Of a DNA stretch of 52,301 nt, positions 18,565 to 27,122 are shown one piece after another. The notes under the pieces are model-generated. The model had not been told where the DNA came from. It was given only the letters and a program-made list of their open reading frames with translations, and searched no databases. The DNA comes from Micropepsaceae bacterium (GTDB lineage: Bacteria; Pseudomonadota; Alphaproteobacteria; Micropepsales; Micropepsaceae): assembly GCA_035632215.1 (NCBI GenBank), contig DASQHF010000050.1:1-52301 (forward strand), given 5' to 3'. The translations under genes and the position numbers were made by a program. Each line of letters begins with the position of its first letter. Position 1 is the stretch's first letter.

Positions 18565-18631
18565 CAGAAATCAGAAATCGGAAATCAGAAGTCAGAAGGG
18601 GCTGGTGCCGCTTCTGATTTCCGACTTCTGA
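18565..18631. repeat. heptamer array forming a long hairpin
   Basis: Five tandem 7-mers CAGAAAT CAGAAAT CGGAAAT CAGAAGT CAGAAGG lie at 18565-18599. Three inverted copies CTTCTGA TTTCCGA CTTCTGA lie at 18611-18631. Positions 18571-18591 pair with 18611-18631 at 20 of 21 positions. The element fills the gap between convergent pleD and the lipoprotein gene. Confidence 0.7.
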
Positions 18632-18632
18632 G

Positions 18633-19136
18633 TTACTGCGCTATCGGCGCAGTGACTTCGTTGGACGCGGAGACGATCCTGATCGTCTTTACTTCCGGCG
18701 GCAGCGAGGCTACGCGCAACTCGGCTTCAACCGGCTGGGCGACACGGCCTGCATCGGGGTTTTGCGGTGATGTGGCGACGAAGCGAAATACCGCGATGCT
18801 CGGATCGCTCCCTTCCTCCGTTACCTGCGCAAGCTTGGGATCGGTCCAGCCCATCGATGATGTCATTCCCGATACGTGGATGATGATGGCTTCAGGTGCA
18901 TCGGCGGGCCGGTTCAACGAAACGCTGTCGACCGAATTGACCGCCGTCTCGGTTCCGGGAGGGATCGATGGGGGTTCCGGCGCTGCCGGCGGCTGAGCCA
19001 CCGGCGCCGGTTCGGCGGGAGCCGGCGGCGGCGCACTGTTCGTCGCCTGTTGCGATTGATTGCGGTTGCAGGCTGCGAGGACCAGCGTCAGCATGACGAA
19101 GGTCGCGAGCCCAGCTCTGCGCGTTGCCATGGTCAT
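18633..19136 (-). CDS. lipoprotein with Ala/Pro-rich linker and unrecognised C-terminal domain
   Basis: 167 aa. The signal peptide has the lipobox LVLAAC. About 40 residues of A/P/E-rich linker follow, then a roughly 100-aa non-repetitive domain. Confidence 0.7.
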   Translation of the reverse strand: MTMATRRAGLATFVMLTLVLAACNRNQSQQATNSAPPPAPAEPAPVAQPPAAPEPPSIPPGTETAVNSVDSVSLNRPADAPEAIIIHVSGMTSSMGWTDPKLAQVTEEGSDPSIAVFRFVATSPQNPDAGRVAQPVEAELRVASLPPEVKTIRIVSASNEVTAPIAQ

Positions 19137-19234
19137 CCGGCGCCTCTTTTTAGATGTCGCCCAGCCGCAAAATATGAGGCGCCATCGGCCGGTTCAATCA
19201 CCGACCGGTTGCGTTTGCTTCCCTCCCGCAGCCC

Positions 19235-19429
19235 TTACGGAGCAGGTGCGGGTGCGGGAGCAGGCGCGGGTTCCGCGGGTGCTGGCGGAGCCGCAGGCTC
19301 AGCCGGAGCCGGCGCTGCGGCTGGTGCGGGCGGCGGAGCGGGGGCGGGCGGGGCCGAACTCTGGTTGCACCCAATCAGAAACACCGTCGCAGCGGACAAC
19401 ACTATCGTATTGAATACATTGGCTTTCAT
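19235..19429 (-). CDS. small lipoprotein with a mature part made only of Ala/Pro/Glu
   Basis: MKANVFNTIVLSAATVFLIGC has a lipobox and the RBS is GAGGGA. After CNQSS the mature part contains only A, P and E and ends EPAPAPAPAPAP. Confidence 0.55.
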   Translation of the reverse strand: MKANVFNTIVLSAATVFLIGCNQSSAPPAPAPPPAPAAAPAPAEPAAPPAPAEPAPAPAPAPAP

Positions 19430-19597
19430 CATGGTCCCTCGGGGTGATCTGGTTCTCACGCGGCAATGCAACGGCGTCACCTTGCGCTCGCCGCTGGCAA
19501 GACAACGCGCGAAATCCTGAGAAGACGAACCGCTGGGGAATTTTGATTCCGGGGGATGCCGTTCCGGCGCCCGAATTGATCAATTGAGAGGGATAAG

Positions 19598-19641
19598 GCA
19601 ACGCAACCCGACCGGACAGAGCATCCGGCGGGCTGCGTCGC
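19598..19641 (-). terminator. strand-specific stem-loop downstream of the small lipoprotein gene at 19665..19868
   Basis: On the minus-strand RNA, GCGACGCAGCCCG pairs with CGGGUUGCGUUGC over 13 bp including 2 G-U pairs. This encloses an inner CCGGA/UCCGG hairpin. The same positions would be A-C mismatches on the plus strand. There is no strong U-tract. Confidence 0.45.
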
Positions 19642-19664
19642 TTTGAAATTGAAAAATCAGTGAC

Positions 19665-19868
19665 TTACGGCGCGGGCGCGGGGGCGGGAGCAGGTGCGGG
19701 TTCGGCAGGCGCGGGCGCGGCTTCAGCCGGAGCTGGCGCGGGTTCCGCCGCCGGAGCGGGCGCAGCGGCAGGCGCTTCCGCCGGAGCGGGAGCCGGAGCG
19801 GCGTTCTGGTTGCACGCCACCAAGAGGGTGGCCGTCGCGAGAGCAGCAAGGATTTTTAGTGACTTCAT
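19665..19868 (-). CDS. small lipoprotein with a mature part made only of Ala/Pro/Glu (paralog of 19235..19429)
   Basis: MKSLKILAALATATLLVAC has a lipobox and a GGAG lies upstream. After CNQN the mature part contains only A, P and E and ends EPAPAPAPAPAP. Confidence 0.55.
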   Translation of the reverse strand: MKSLKILAALATATLLVACNQNAAPAPAPAEAPAAAPAPAAEPAPAPAEAAPAPAEPAPAPAPAPAP

Positions 19869-19955
19869 TTTAGTGGCTCCTATGCAGGCAAAAAATGAAT
19901 GTGCGATTCCGATTAGAAGCTACTGAGTAATGGAGACGGGGGCCAAACTCAACGT

Positions 19956-20741
19956 TCAAATAGCCAATTCGCACAGAACGGGAACGTGGTCGGATGGCTT
20001 CTCCCAGCCTCTCACCTTGCGTTCGATCGAAGAGCTGACGAGCCGATCGGCGGCCTGGGCCGAGAGCAGGATGTGGTCTATGCGGATACCGTGGTCCTTA
20101 ACCCAAGCGCCCGCTTGATAATCCCAAAACGTATAGCGATGCGGTTCGGCATGACAGGCGCGATACGCATCGGTCAGGCCGAGATTGCAGATGCGGCGGA
20201 ACGCCGCGCGGGTCTCGGGCTGAAACAGCGCGTCTCCCATCCACGCCTTCGGATCATGGCAGTCCTCCGGGCTCGGAATCACGTTGTAGTCGCCCATAAG
20301 AACAAGCGGCTCCTCGAGCAGCAGCAGACTGCGTATATGCCGAGCAAGCCGCTCCATCCAGGCGAGCTTGTAGGCAAAACGCTCCGTACCCGGCGGATTT
20401 CCATTCGGGGCATAGATCGAGGCGACTCTGACCGCGCCGCCCGATTCGTTCGAGATCACGGCCTCGATGTAACGCGCGTGGTCATCGCCTTCTGAGCCAG
20501 GCAAGCCCCTCACCACGTCCTCGATCGGGCGTTTCGAGAGGATCGCCACGCCGTTGTAGCTCTTCTGTCCGTGGGTCACCGTGTTGTAGCCGAGAGTATC
20601 GAAGGCGTCCGTTGGAAACGCCTCGTCGGTGGTCTTGATCTCCTGAAAGCACACGATTTCAGGCGCCGCGTCAGCAAGCCAGGCGCGAGCGGTGTCCAGC
20701 CGCGCCTTCACCGAATTCACGTTCCAGGTGGCGATCTTCAT
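19956..20741 (-). CDS. xthA: exodeoxyribonuclease III
   Basis: 261 aa. MKIATWNVNS, CFQEIK and the C-terminal SDHVPV are hallmarks of the EEP/ExoIII family. Confidence 0.93.
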   Translation of the reverse strand: MKIATWNVNSVKARLDTARAWLADAAPEIVCFQEIKTTDEAFPTDAFDTLGYNTVTHGQKSYNGVAILSKRPIEDVVRGLPGSEGDDHARYIEAVISNESGGAVRVASIYAPNGNPPGTERFAYKLAWMERLARHIRSLLLLEEPLVLMGDYNVIPSPEDCHDPKAWMGDALFQPETRAAFRRICNLGLTDAYRACHAEPHRYTFWDYQAGAWVKDHGIRIDHILLSAQAADRLVSSSIERKVRGWEKPSDHVPVLCELAI

Positions 20742-21089
20742 CTAAACAGAGAAGCTCGTGCCGCAGCCGCAGGACGACGTCGCGTTGGGATTGTTGACGC
20801 GGAAGGCGGCGCCGATCATCTCCTCCACATAATCGATTTCGGCGCCTTTGAGAAAATCAAGCGAGATCGGATCGATCAGCACGCGCGCGCCATCGCGTTC
20901 GATCACGAGGTCGTCGTCGGAGCGCAAATCGTCGAGGCAGAAATCGTATTGGAATCCGGAACAGCCACCGCCGGTGACGGCTAAGCGCAGCATCGACGCG
21001 TCGGCGCCCTCCTTGAGGATTTCGTTGATGCGTTTTGCCGCCCGCGCGGTCAGGCGAACGGGTGCTTCGAGATTGGGTTCAACGCTCAT
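20742..21089 (-). CDS. erpA: iron-sulfur cluster insertion protein (HesB/IscA/ErpA family)
   Basis: The ATG at 21089 gives 115 aa. The GGGCSGFQY motif and the C-terminal CGCGTSF Cys motif are present. Confidence 0.88.
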   Translation of the reverse strand: MSVEPNLEAPVRLTARAAKRINEILKEGADASMLRLAVTGGGCSGFQYDFCLDDLRSDDDLVIERDGARVLIDPISLDFLKGAEIDYVEEMIGAAFRVNNPNATSSCGCGTSFSV

Positions 21090-21136
21090 ACAAATGACCC
21101 TATCATGTTGAAGTCTATTTAGTCGTTGACAGGGCG

Positions 21137-22351
21137 ATGTCCAAGTCGAAGCCGTTAGGCCGCCTTTCCGGGCCTCTGTTCGAGGCGCCAAAGCGGGGAT
21201 ATTTCGCGACGCTACCGGCGACCTCTAAAGGCCGATTCTGGCCCGAAGACGAGAGCCCCACGCGGAGCTGTTATCAGCGCGACCGTGACCGGATCATCCA
21301 CTCGACGGCTTTCCGCCGCTTGAAGCACAAGACCCAAGTCTTCGTGCAGCATGAGGGCGACTACTACCGCACGCGGCTTACGCACTCGCTCGAGGTGGCA
21401 CAGATCGCTCGCTCGCTCGCTCGCGTGCTCGGCGTGGACGAGGATCTTGCCGAGGCCCTGTCGCTTTCGCACGATCTTGGTCATCCCCCATTCGGGCATG
21501 CCGGCGAGGCGGCGCTCGATGCCTGCATGAAGGGCCACGGCGGTTTCGATCACAACGCCCAGGCACTCGCGCTCGTGACGCGGCTCGAGCACCGCTATGT
21601 GAGCTTCGACGGATTGAACCTGACCTGGGAGACGCTCGAGGGGCTCGTCAAGCACAACGGTCCCCTGACCGGACCCTCGTCGAAAGGCGGACCACTCTCC
21701 GATGTCATCGGGCAGTTTCCGTGGGACCTCGAGCTCGCTTCCTACGCGGGGCTCGAAGCCCAGATTGCAGCTCTCTCGGACGATATTGCCTACGTCAATC
21801 ACGACATCGACGACGGACTGAGAGCCGAGCTCTTCGAAGCCTCTGATCTCGTCGGCGTGCCGCTGGCCGGTCCCATCTTCCGCTCGCTCCTTAACGATCA
21901 TCCCCGCCTCGAGCGGGGTCGACTGATCGGCGAGGCGGTTAGGAGGGTGATCACGCGGATGGTGGTCGACGTCGCGGAGGAGACCGGGCGCCGGCTCGAA
22001 CGCGATGCTCCCAAGTCGGTCGCCGACATTCGCGCACGGGGTCAATCCACCGCCGATTTCTCCGACGGGCTCAAGGAAGACTTGAGCGCGCTCAAGAGCT
22101 TTCTGTACCGCCGGATGTACCGCCACGAGCGCGTGATCGAGGTCATGTCGAATGCGCAAAAGATGCTGACCCAATTGTTTCAAGCTTTCATGACCGATCC
22201 GTCTCTGCTACCTAATGATTGGAGCGCACAATGCGGCGATCCTGGTGAGAGCCGCACCGCAAGGGCAGTTTGCGATTACGTGGCCGGCATGACCGATCGC
22301 TTTGCGTTGCAGGAATACCGCCGGATATTCCACATGGAATTCCCGCTTTGA
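21137..22351 (+). CDS. dgt: dGTP triphosphohydrolase-like HD-domain protein
   Basis: 404 aa with YQRDRDRIIHS..FRRL..KTQV and the HD motif THSLEVAQI...HDLGHPPFGH. Confidence 0.9.
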   Translation: MSKSKPLGRLSGPLFEAPKRGYFATLPATSKGRFWPEDESPTRSCYQRDRDRIIHSTAFRRLKHKTQVFVQHEGDYYRTRLTHSLEVAQIARSLARVLGVDEDLAEALSLSHDLGHPPFGHAGEAALDACMKGHGGFDHNAQALALVTRLEHRYVSFDGLNLTWETLEGLVKHNGPLTGPSSKGGPLSDVIGQFPWDLELASYAGLEAQIAALSDDIAYVNHDIDDGLRAELFEASDLVGVPLAGPIFRSLLNDHPRLERGRLIGEAVRRVITRMVVDVAEETGRRLERDAPKSVADIRARGQSTADFSDGLKEDLSALKSFLYRRMYRHERVIEVMSNAQKMLTQLFQAFMTDPSLLPNDWSAQCGDPGESRTARAVCDYVAGMTDRFALQEYRRIFHMEFPL

Positions 22352-22437
22352 TGATGCGGGATGGGGCGCCCGCGGTGATTTTGAGACGCCCCCGGTGCTA
22401 AAAATGCAAGACGTTGACGATTCGTCGGAGTTCGCCA

Positions 22438-23202
22438 ATGACCAACCCTCAACGTGGAGTCTACCAGCCGCTGGGCGACAACATTCCGCTCTACGACTTG
22501 ACGGATGAGGAGATCGAGGAAGAGCGCTCGCGGCTTCCGCTTCTGATCGTCATCGCGCTCATCGTGTTGGCGGCGTTCACCGCAGTCGTATGGCTTGCCT
22601 ACAATCAAGGTGTGGCCCACGGCCGGTCGAGCGCGGAAACGGTCGTCAATCCTCCGGAAGGCCCGGTTCGGACGGCCCCCGAGGACGCGAATGCGGCCGC
22701 AGGGACGCTTACCGGCCTCAAGATCTACGGCCAGCAAGTCCCGCCGGATAAGGAAGCTCAGGATTCGCGCTTGGCGCCTTCGCAGGGCAGCCTGGATGGC
22801 TCTTCGGTTCAGATTCTCCGTCAGGCCCCGGCCGAGCAGACCACCACCACGGAAGCCCCGCCGGCGCGGCTCGATCCGCCGCCAGCGCCAGCCGCCAAGC
22901 CGGCCCCAGCGCCGAAGGCACCTGCAGTGGTCGCAAATACGGCCGCGGCCGTGGGCGGCGTCCTTCTGCAGATCGGCTCTTACGAAAGCCCGGAGATCGC
23001 CAGTGGCGCCTGGGCAACGTTCAAGGCGCGGCATGCGGCAATCGTGGGCAGTCTTTCACAAGATGTGCAGAAGGCGGATTTGGGGGCCAAAGGGACATGG
23101 TACCGCTTGAGGTTCGGCCCGTTCGCCGACAAGGCGGCTGCCAACGCCGCCTGCGAAAAGCTCAAAGCCGAGGGGGGCACCTGTCTTGTTGCGTCGCCGT
23201 AA
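22438..23202 (+). CDS. SPOR domain-containing membrane protein
   Basis: The ATG at 22438 has GGAG 8 nt upstream, and a TTG at 22414 is an alternative start. There is one TM segment, a Pro/Ala-rich linker and a C-terminal SPOR domain (LLQIGSYES...WYRLRFGPF...C). Confidence 0.8.
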   Translation: MTNPQRGVYQPLGDNIPLYDLTDEEIEEERSRLPLLIVIALIVLAAFTAVVWLAYNQGVAHGRSSAETVVNPPEGPVRTAPEDANAAAGTLTGLKIYGQQVPPDKEAQDSRLAPSQGSLDGSSVQILRQAPAEQTTTTEAPPARLDPPPAPAAKPAPAPKAPAVVANTAAAVGGVLLQIGSYESPEIASGAWATFKARHAAIVGSLSQDVQKADLGAKGTWYRLRFGPFADKAAANAACEKLKAEGGTCLVASP

Positions 23203-23231
23203 GGGCTGCGTGCTGACCTTATGAGGCTTGG

Positions 23232-24248
23232 ATGTCGTCGACTGCCGCGGTTTATGGCTGTCAAAGTACCGAATTGCTCTCCGATGAGCACAGCTTCTTC
23301 AAGGATGCCCGTCCGTTCGGCTTCATCCTGTTCGCCCGCAACGTGGCCGACCCGGCTCAAGTCCGCGCGCTCTGCCAATCGCTGCGGGCGGCCATAGATG
23401 ACCCGGGTGCACCGATTTTCATTGACCAGGAGGGTGGGAGAGTGGCCCGCCTCAAGCCGCCACATTGGCGGGAACGGCCTCGCGCGCGCCGTTTCGGCGA
23501 GCTTTACGACGGCGACCCCGAACTTGGGCGCGAAGCGGCCTATCTCTGCGCCCGGCTCATTGCCCATGAGCTTGCGATCCTAGGGATCACGGTGAATTGC
23601 GCTCCCGTGCTCGACGTCCCAGCCGCGGGTTCGCATGAGATCATAGGAGACCGGGCCTTTTCCGCCGATCCTGCGACCGTGATCGCGCTTGGGCGGGCCC
23701 AAATCGAGGGTTATCTCGATGGCGGCGTCCTTCCTGTGATCAAGCACATTCCGGGGCATGGCCGGGCCGAGGCCGATTCGCATTTGGCCCTCCCAAGAGT
23801 GGACGCCTCTGTCGATGCGCTGAGCGCGCACGACTTCGTCACCTTCCGGAGCCTCTGTGACGCGCCCATCGCGATGACCGCACACGTCGTCTATCAGGCG
23901 ATCGACCCTCAGCGGCCCGCGACCACCAGCCCAAAGCTCGTACGCGACGTGATCCGCGGCGAAATAGGCTTCAAAGGGCTCCTCGTGAGCGATGATCTGT
24001 CGATGTCCGCCCTCGAGGGGCCACTTTCCACACGCACGAAGGCTGCGCTCTTCGCCGGTTGCGATATCGTTCTGCACTGTAATGGGCGATTCGACGAGAT
24101 GAAGGCAGTGGCAAAAGAAGCAAAACCGCTCGCGGGCGATGCGCTCTTCAGGGCTCAAGGGGCGCTTGCCCACCTCCACCCGCCGGTCGAACTGGATTTC
24201 GCCTTGGCCGAAGAGCGGCTCATGAAGATGCTCGGGGCCGTCGCATGA
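23232..24248 (+). CDS. nagZ: beta-N-acetylhexosaminidase
   Basis: 338 aa of the GH3 family, with IDQEGGRV and the KHIPGHG...DSH catalytic region. Confidence 0.9.
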   Translation: MSSTAAVYGCQSTELLSDEHSFFKDARPFGFILFARNVADPAQVRALCQSLRAAIDDPGAPIFIDQEGGRVARLKPPHWRERPRARRFGELYDGDPELGREAAYLCARLIAHELAILGITVNCAPVLDVPAAGSHEIIGDRAFSADPATVIALGRAQIEGYLDGGVLPVIKHIPGHGRAEADSHLALPRVDASVDALSAHDFVTFRSLCDAPIAMTAHVVYQAIDPQRPATTSPKLVRDVIRGEIGFKGLLVSDDLSMSALEGPLSTRTKAALFAGCDIVLHCNGRFDEMKAVAKEAKPLAGDALFRAQGALAHLHPPVELDFALAEERLMKMLGAVA

Positions 24249-25054
24249 TGGATCCGGAATTCGAAAGCGCCGAGAGTTTCGAAGCGGCACCGATCGCACC
24301 CGAAGAAGCCCTGATCATCGAGGTCGACGGCTTCGAGGGCCCGCTGGACCTTCTTCTGGCGCTTGCACGCAATCAGAAGGTCGATATCGCCAAGATCTCC
24401 GTTCTTCAGCTTGCGGACCAGTATCTCGCCTTCATGGAGTCCGCGCGCCGCAAGCGGCTCGAGCTCGCCGCCGATTATCTCGTGATGGCGGCGTGGCTCA
24501 CCTATTTCAAATCGCGCCTCGTGTTGCCGCAGGCGGCACCCGTGGGCGAGCCCGGAGCCGAGGAGATGGCTGCGCTCCTTCGCTGGCGCCTCGCGCGGCT
24601 CCAGGCCATGCGCGATGCCGCCGCTCGTATCATGGCGCGCGACCGCATGGGCAGGGACGTGTTTCCGCGTGGCGAACCCGAGCCGGTTCAGGTGATTCGC
24701 ACGCGCAAGTACTCGGACACGATGTACGATCTCTTGACCGCCTACTCGCGAGAGCGCGTCAGGGTTCTCGGCCATCGCGTCTATGAGATGGTTCGACCGC
24801 CGATCCTCCTGATCGAAGAGGCGCGCGAGAGAATCGAAAGGATGCTTGGGAAAATCCCGAGCTGGAGTCTGCTGACGCGATTTCTGCCGCCGGATTGGAC
24901 GAGCGGCGCCAAGCGGCGCAGCGCGATCGCGAGCATGTTTTCCGCCGCGCTCGAGCTCACGCGCGACGGCAAGCTCGAGCTCCGGCAGATGGCGCCATTC
25001 GGAGAGATTTTCCTCAAAGATCGCACTGAAAAAGCCGGGGAGCAAACAACGTGA
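24245..25054 (+). CDS. scpA: segregation and condensation protein A
   Basis: 269 aa. FEGPLDLLL.L......DI..I....L..QYL is the typical ScpA N-terminus. The gene overlaps the nagZ stop (ATGA) and the scpB start. Confidence 0.88.
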   Translation: MMDPEFESAESFEAAPIAPEEALIIEVDGFEGPLDLLLALARNQKVDIAKISVLQLADQYLAFMESARRKRLELAADYLVMAAWLTYFKSRLVLPQAAPVGEPGAEEMAALLRWRLARLQAMRDAAARIMARDRMGRDVFPRGEPEPVQVIRTRKYSDTMYDLLTAYSRERVRVLGHRVYEMVRPPILLIEEARERIERMLGKIPSWSLLTRFLPPDWTSGAKRRSAIASMFSAALELTRDGKLELRQMAPFGEIFLKDRTEKAGEQTT

Positions 25055-25779
25055 ATCGCGTAGTTCGATTGAGCGAGGCCCACATGGCCCATCCCGTCGA
25101 CCCTGAAACCGCCGTGGGACAGGAAGCTTTCGAGCTCGATCCCGCGCATTTGCGGATTGTCGAGGCGCTGCTGTTCGCGGCGGCACAGCCCGTAGACGAA
25201 CGCTCGCTTGCGGCTGCTTTGCCGCCGCAGACGAATGTCGGGGCCGTGTTGACCGAGCTTCAGCGCCAGTACGAGCCGCGCGGCGTCAACCTCGTTCGCG
25301 TCGCCGGAAAATGGCAATTCCGGACGGCGAAGGACCTGGGCTTCCTGCTTTCCAAGCAAGCGGTCGAGGAACGCAAGCTTTCCCGCGCGGCGATCGAGAC
25401 CTTGGCGATCATCGCCTATCACCAGCCGGTCACGAGAGCCGAAATCGAGGACATCCGCGGCGTGATGGTCAGCAAGGGCACCGTTGACGCATTGATGGAG
25501 GTGGGCTGGGTTCGTATCCGCGGCCGCAGGCGCACGCCGGGACGGCCCGTGACTTATGGAACGACCGAGGCGTTTCTGGTCCATTTCGGGCTCGAGAACA
25601 TCGCCGACCTTCCGGGCGTGGAAGAGCTCAAAGGTGCCGGCTTTCTCGATGCCGTTCCGCCGGCGGGCTTCAGCGTACCTAGTCCCTCCGATGCGCTTGG
25701 CCCGGATGAAGATCCCTATGAAGGCGATGAAGCGGACCTTCTTGCCCCGCCTGAAGAAAGTCCAGCTGCGGACGGCTGA
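25051..25779 (+). CDS. scpB: segregation and condensation protein B
   Basis: 242 aa with a GTG start. ScpB motifs EALLFAA..P, ETLAIIAY.QPVTR.EIE.IRGV and GRP..YGTT..FL are present. Confidence 0.88.
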   Translation: MNRVVRLSEAHMAHPVDPETAVGQEAFELDPAHLRIVEALLFAAAQPVDERSLAAALPPQTNVGAVLTELQRQYEPRGVNLVRVAGKWQFRTAKDLGFLLSKQAVEERKLSRAAIETLAIIAYHQPVTRAEIEDIRGVMVSKGTVDALMEVGWVRIRGRRRTPGRPVTYGTTEAFLVHFGLENIADLPGVEELKGAGFLDAVPPAGFSVPSPSDALGPDEDPYEGDEADLLAPPEESPAADG

Positions 25780-25875
25780 AATCCGCGCGTAGACGCTTCG
25801 TATTACGCGTTTGCGGCGCTTCTCTCTCTCTAGTAAGGGAGACGCGACTTTGAGCGATTCCTTGCGCCTGCACCG

Positions 25876-27120
25876 ATGAACGAAAGCAATCCAGCAGCAT
25901 CCGTTTCTCCGCGCTCGGGCAAGTGGTTCGTCTTCGTTGCCGTGTTCATCGACATGGTCGGGATCGGGATCGCGTTTCCGGTCTTGCCGATCCTGGTCGG
26001 CGAATACACGACGAACACTGCCGCGCAGACCTATTGGGCGAACGCGCTCTCGGTGAGCTACGCCCTGATGCAGTTTCTCTGCGCGCCGCTGTTGGGAGCT
26101 TTGAGCGACCGGTTCGGCCGCAGGCCTGTCCTCATTACGGCCATCATCGTTCTCGGCATCCATTACTTCCTGATCGCGACGGCGCCCTCGCTCGTGATCC
26201 TGCTGCTCGCTCGCATTCTAGGCGGCATCACCGGCGCGAGCTTTACCGTCGCCAACGCCTATCTCGCGGACATTTCGCCACCACAAGAGCGGGCCAAAAG
26301 CTTCGGCTTCGTCGGCGCTGCCTTCGGGCTTGGTTTCACAATCGGTCCGATGGTCGGCGGCGTACTCGGCAACATCGACCTGCACTTGCCCTTCTATGCC
26401 GCGGCCGCGCTTTCGATGCTGAATGCGCTCTATGGGTATTTGGCCGTGCCCGAATCCTTGCCACGCGAAAGGCGGTCCGCGTTCTCGCTCGCCAAGTCAA
26501 ATCCGTTCCGCGCTCTCGTCGCGCTCGTGCAGCATCACGCGGTCGGAAGCCTGGTGATCGTGTTCACGCTGTTCTCGCTCGCGCATATGGCGATGATCAA
26601 CAACTGGGCCCTCTACACCCATTTCCGTTTTGGGTGGGGCACGCGCGAGAACGGATATCTGCTCTTCTGCGTCGGGCTGCTCGCCGCGATCGTGCAAGGC
26701 GGACTGATGGGACGCTTGGTGAAGCGTTTCGGCGAGGAGAGGCTCGCGCTCACCGCCATCGGGGTCAATGTTCTCATCCAAACCGGATACGGCCTCGCAC
26801 AGCAGGGCTGGATGATGTACCCGATCCTGTTCTGCAGCATCCTCACCTTCACAACGGGACCCGCGATCCAGGGTGTCGTCTCGAAGACCACCGATCCGAA
26901 AGAGCAGGGCGTAACCATCGGCGCGATGCAGTCGATCAACAGCCTCGCCGCAGTCGTCGGACCGATCCTCGCGGGGCAGATCCTCGCCCGAGTCAGCAGC
27001 CTTCCCCCGACGGATTTCAGGGTAGGCGCGCATTTCTTCTTCTTGGCCTCGCTGAATCTGGCTGCCTTCCTGCTCGCCTGGCGGCGCCTGGCGCGGCCTG
27101 CCGCGCAGCCGGCGCAGTAG
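25876..27120 (+). CDS. MFS transporter (TCR/Tet-like drug:H+ antiporter family)
   Basis: 414 aa with 12 predicted hydrophobic segments and the motif A-like GALSDRFGRRPVL. Confidence 0.85.
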   Translation: MNESNPAASVSPRSGKWFVFVAVFIDMVGIGIAFPVLPILVGEYTTNTAAQTYWANALSVSYALMQFLCAPLLGALSDRFGRRPVLITAIIVLGIHYFLIATAPSLVILLLARILGGITGASFTVANAYLADISPPQERAKSFGFVGAAFGLGFTIGPMVGGVLGNIDLHLPFYAAAALSMLNALYGYLAVPESLPRERRSAFSLAKSNPFRALVALVQHHAVGSLVIVFTLFSLAHMAMINNWALYTHFRFGWGTRENGYLLFCVGLLAAIVQGGLMGRLVKRFGEERLALTAIGVNVLIQTGYGLAQQGWMMYPILFCSILTFTTGPAIQGVVSKTTDPKEQGVTIGAMQSINSLAAVVGPILAGQILARVSSLPPTDFRVGAHFFFLASLNLAAFLLAWRRLARPAAQPAQ

Positions 27121-27122
27121 GC

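Noticed and set aside
18565-18631. Possible CRISPR or minisatellite.
   Set aside because: The repeat unit is only 7 bp, there are no spacers and the total length is under 70 bp. It is a hairpin-forming heptamer array, not a CRISPR.
18876-19926. Plus-strand Gly/Ala-rich ORFs (18876..19520 and 19660..19926) with GAGAGAGAG tracts.
   Set aside because: They are the complement of the Ala/Pro-coding tracts. The minus-strand readings have signal peptides, lipoboxes, RBSs and a strand-specific hairpin, and the plus-strand ones have none of these.
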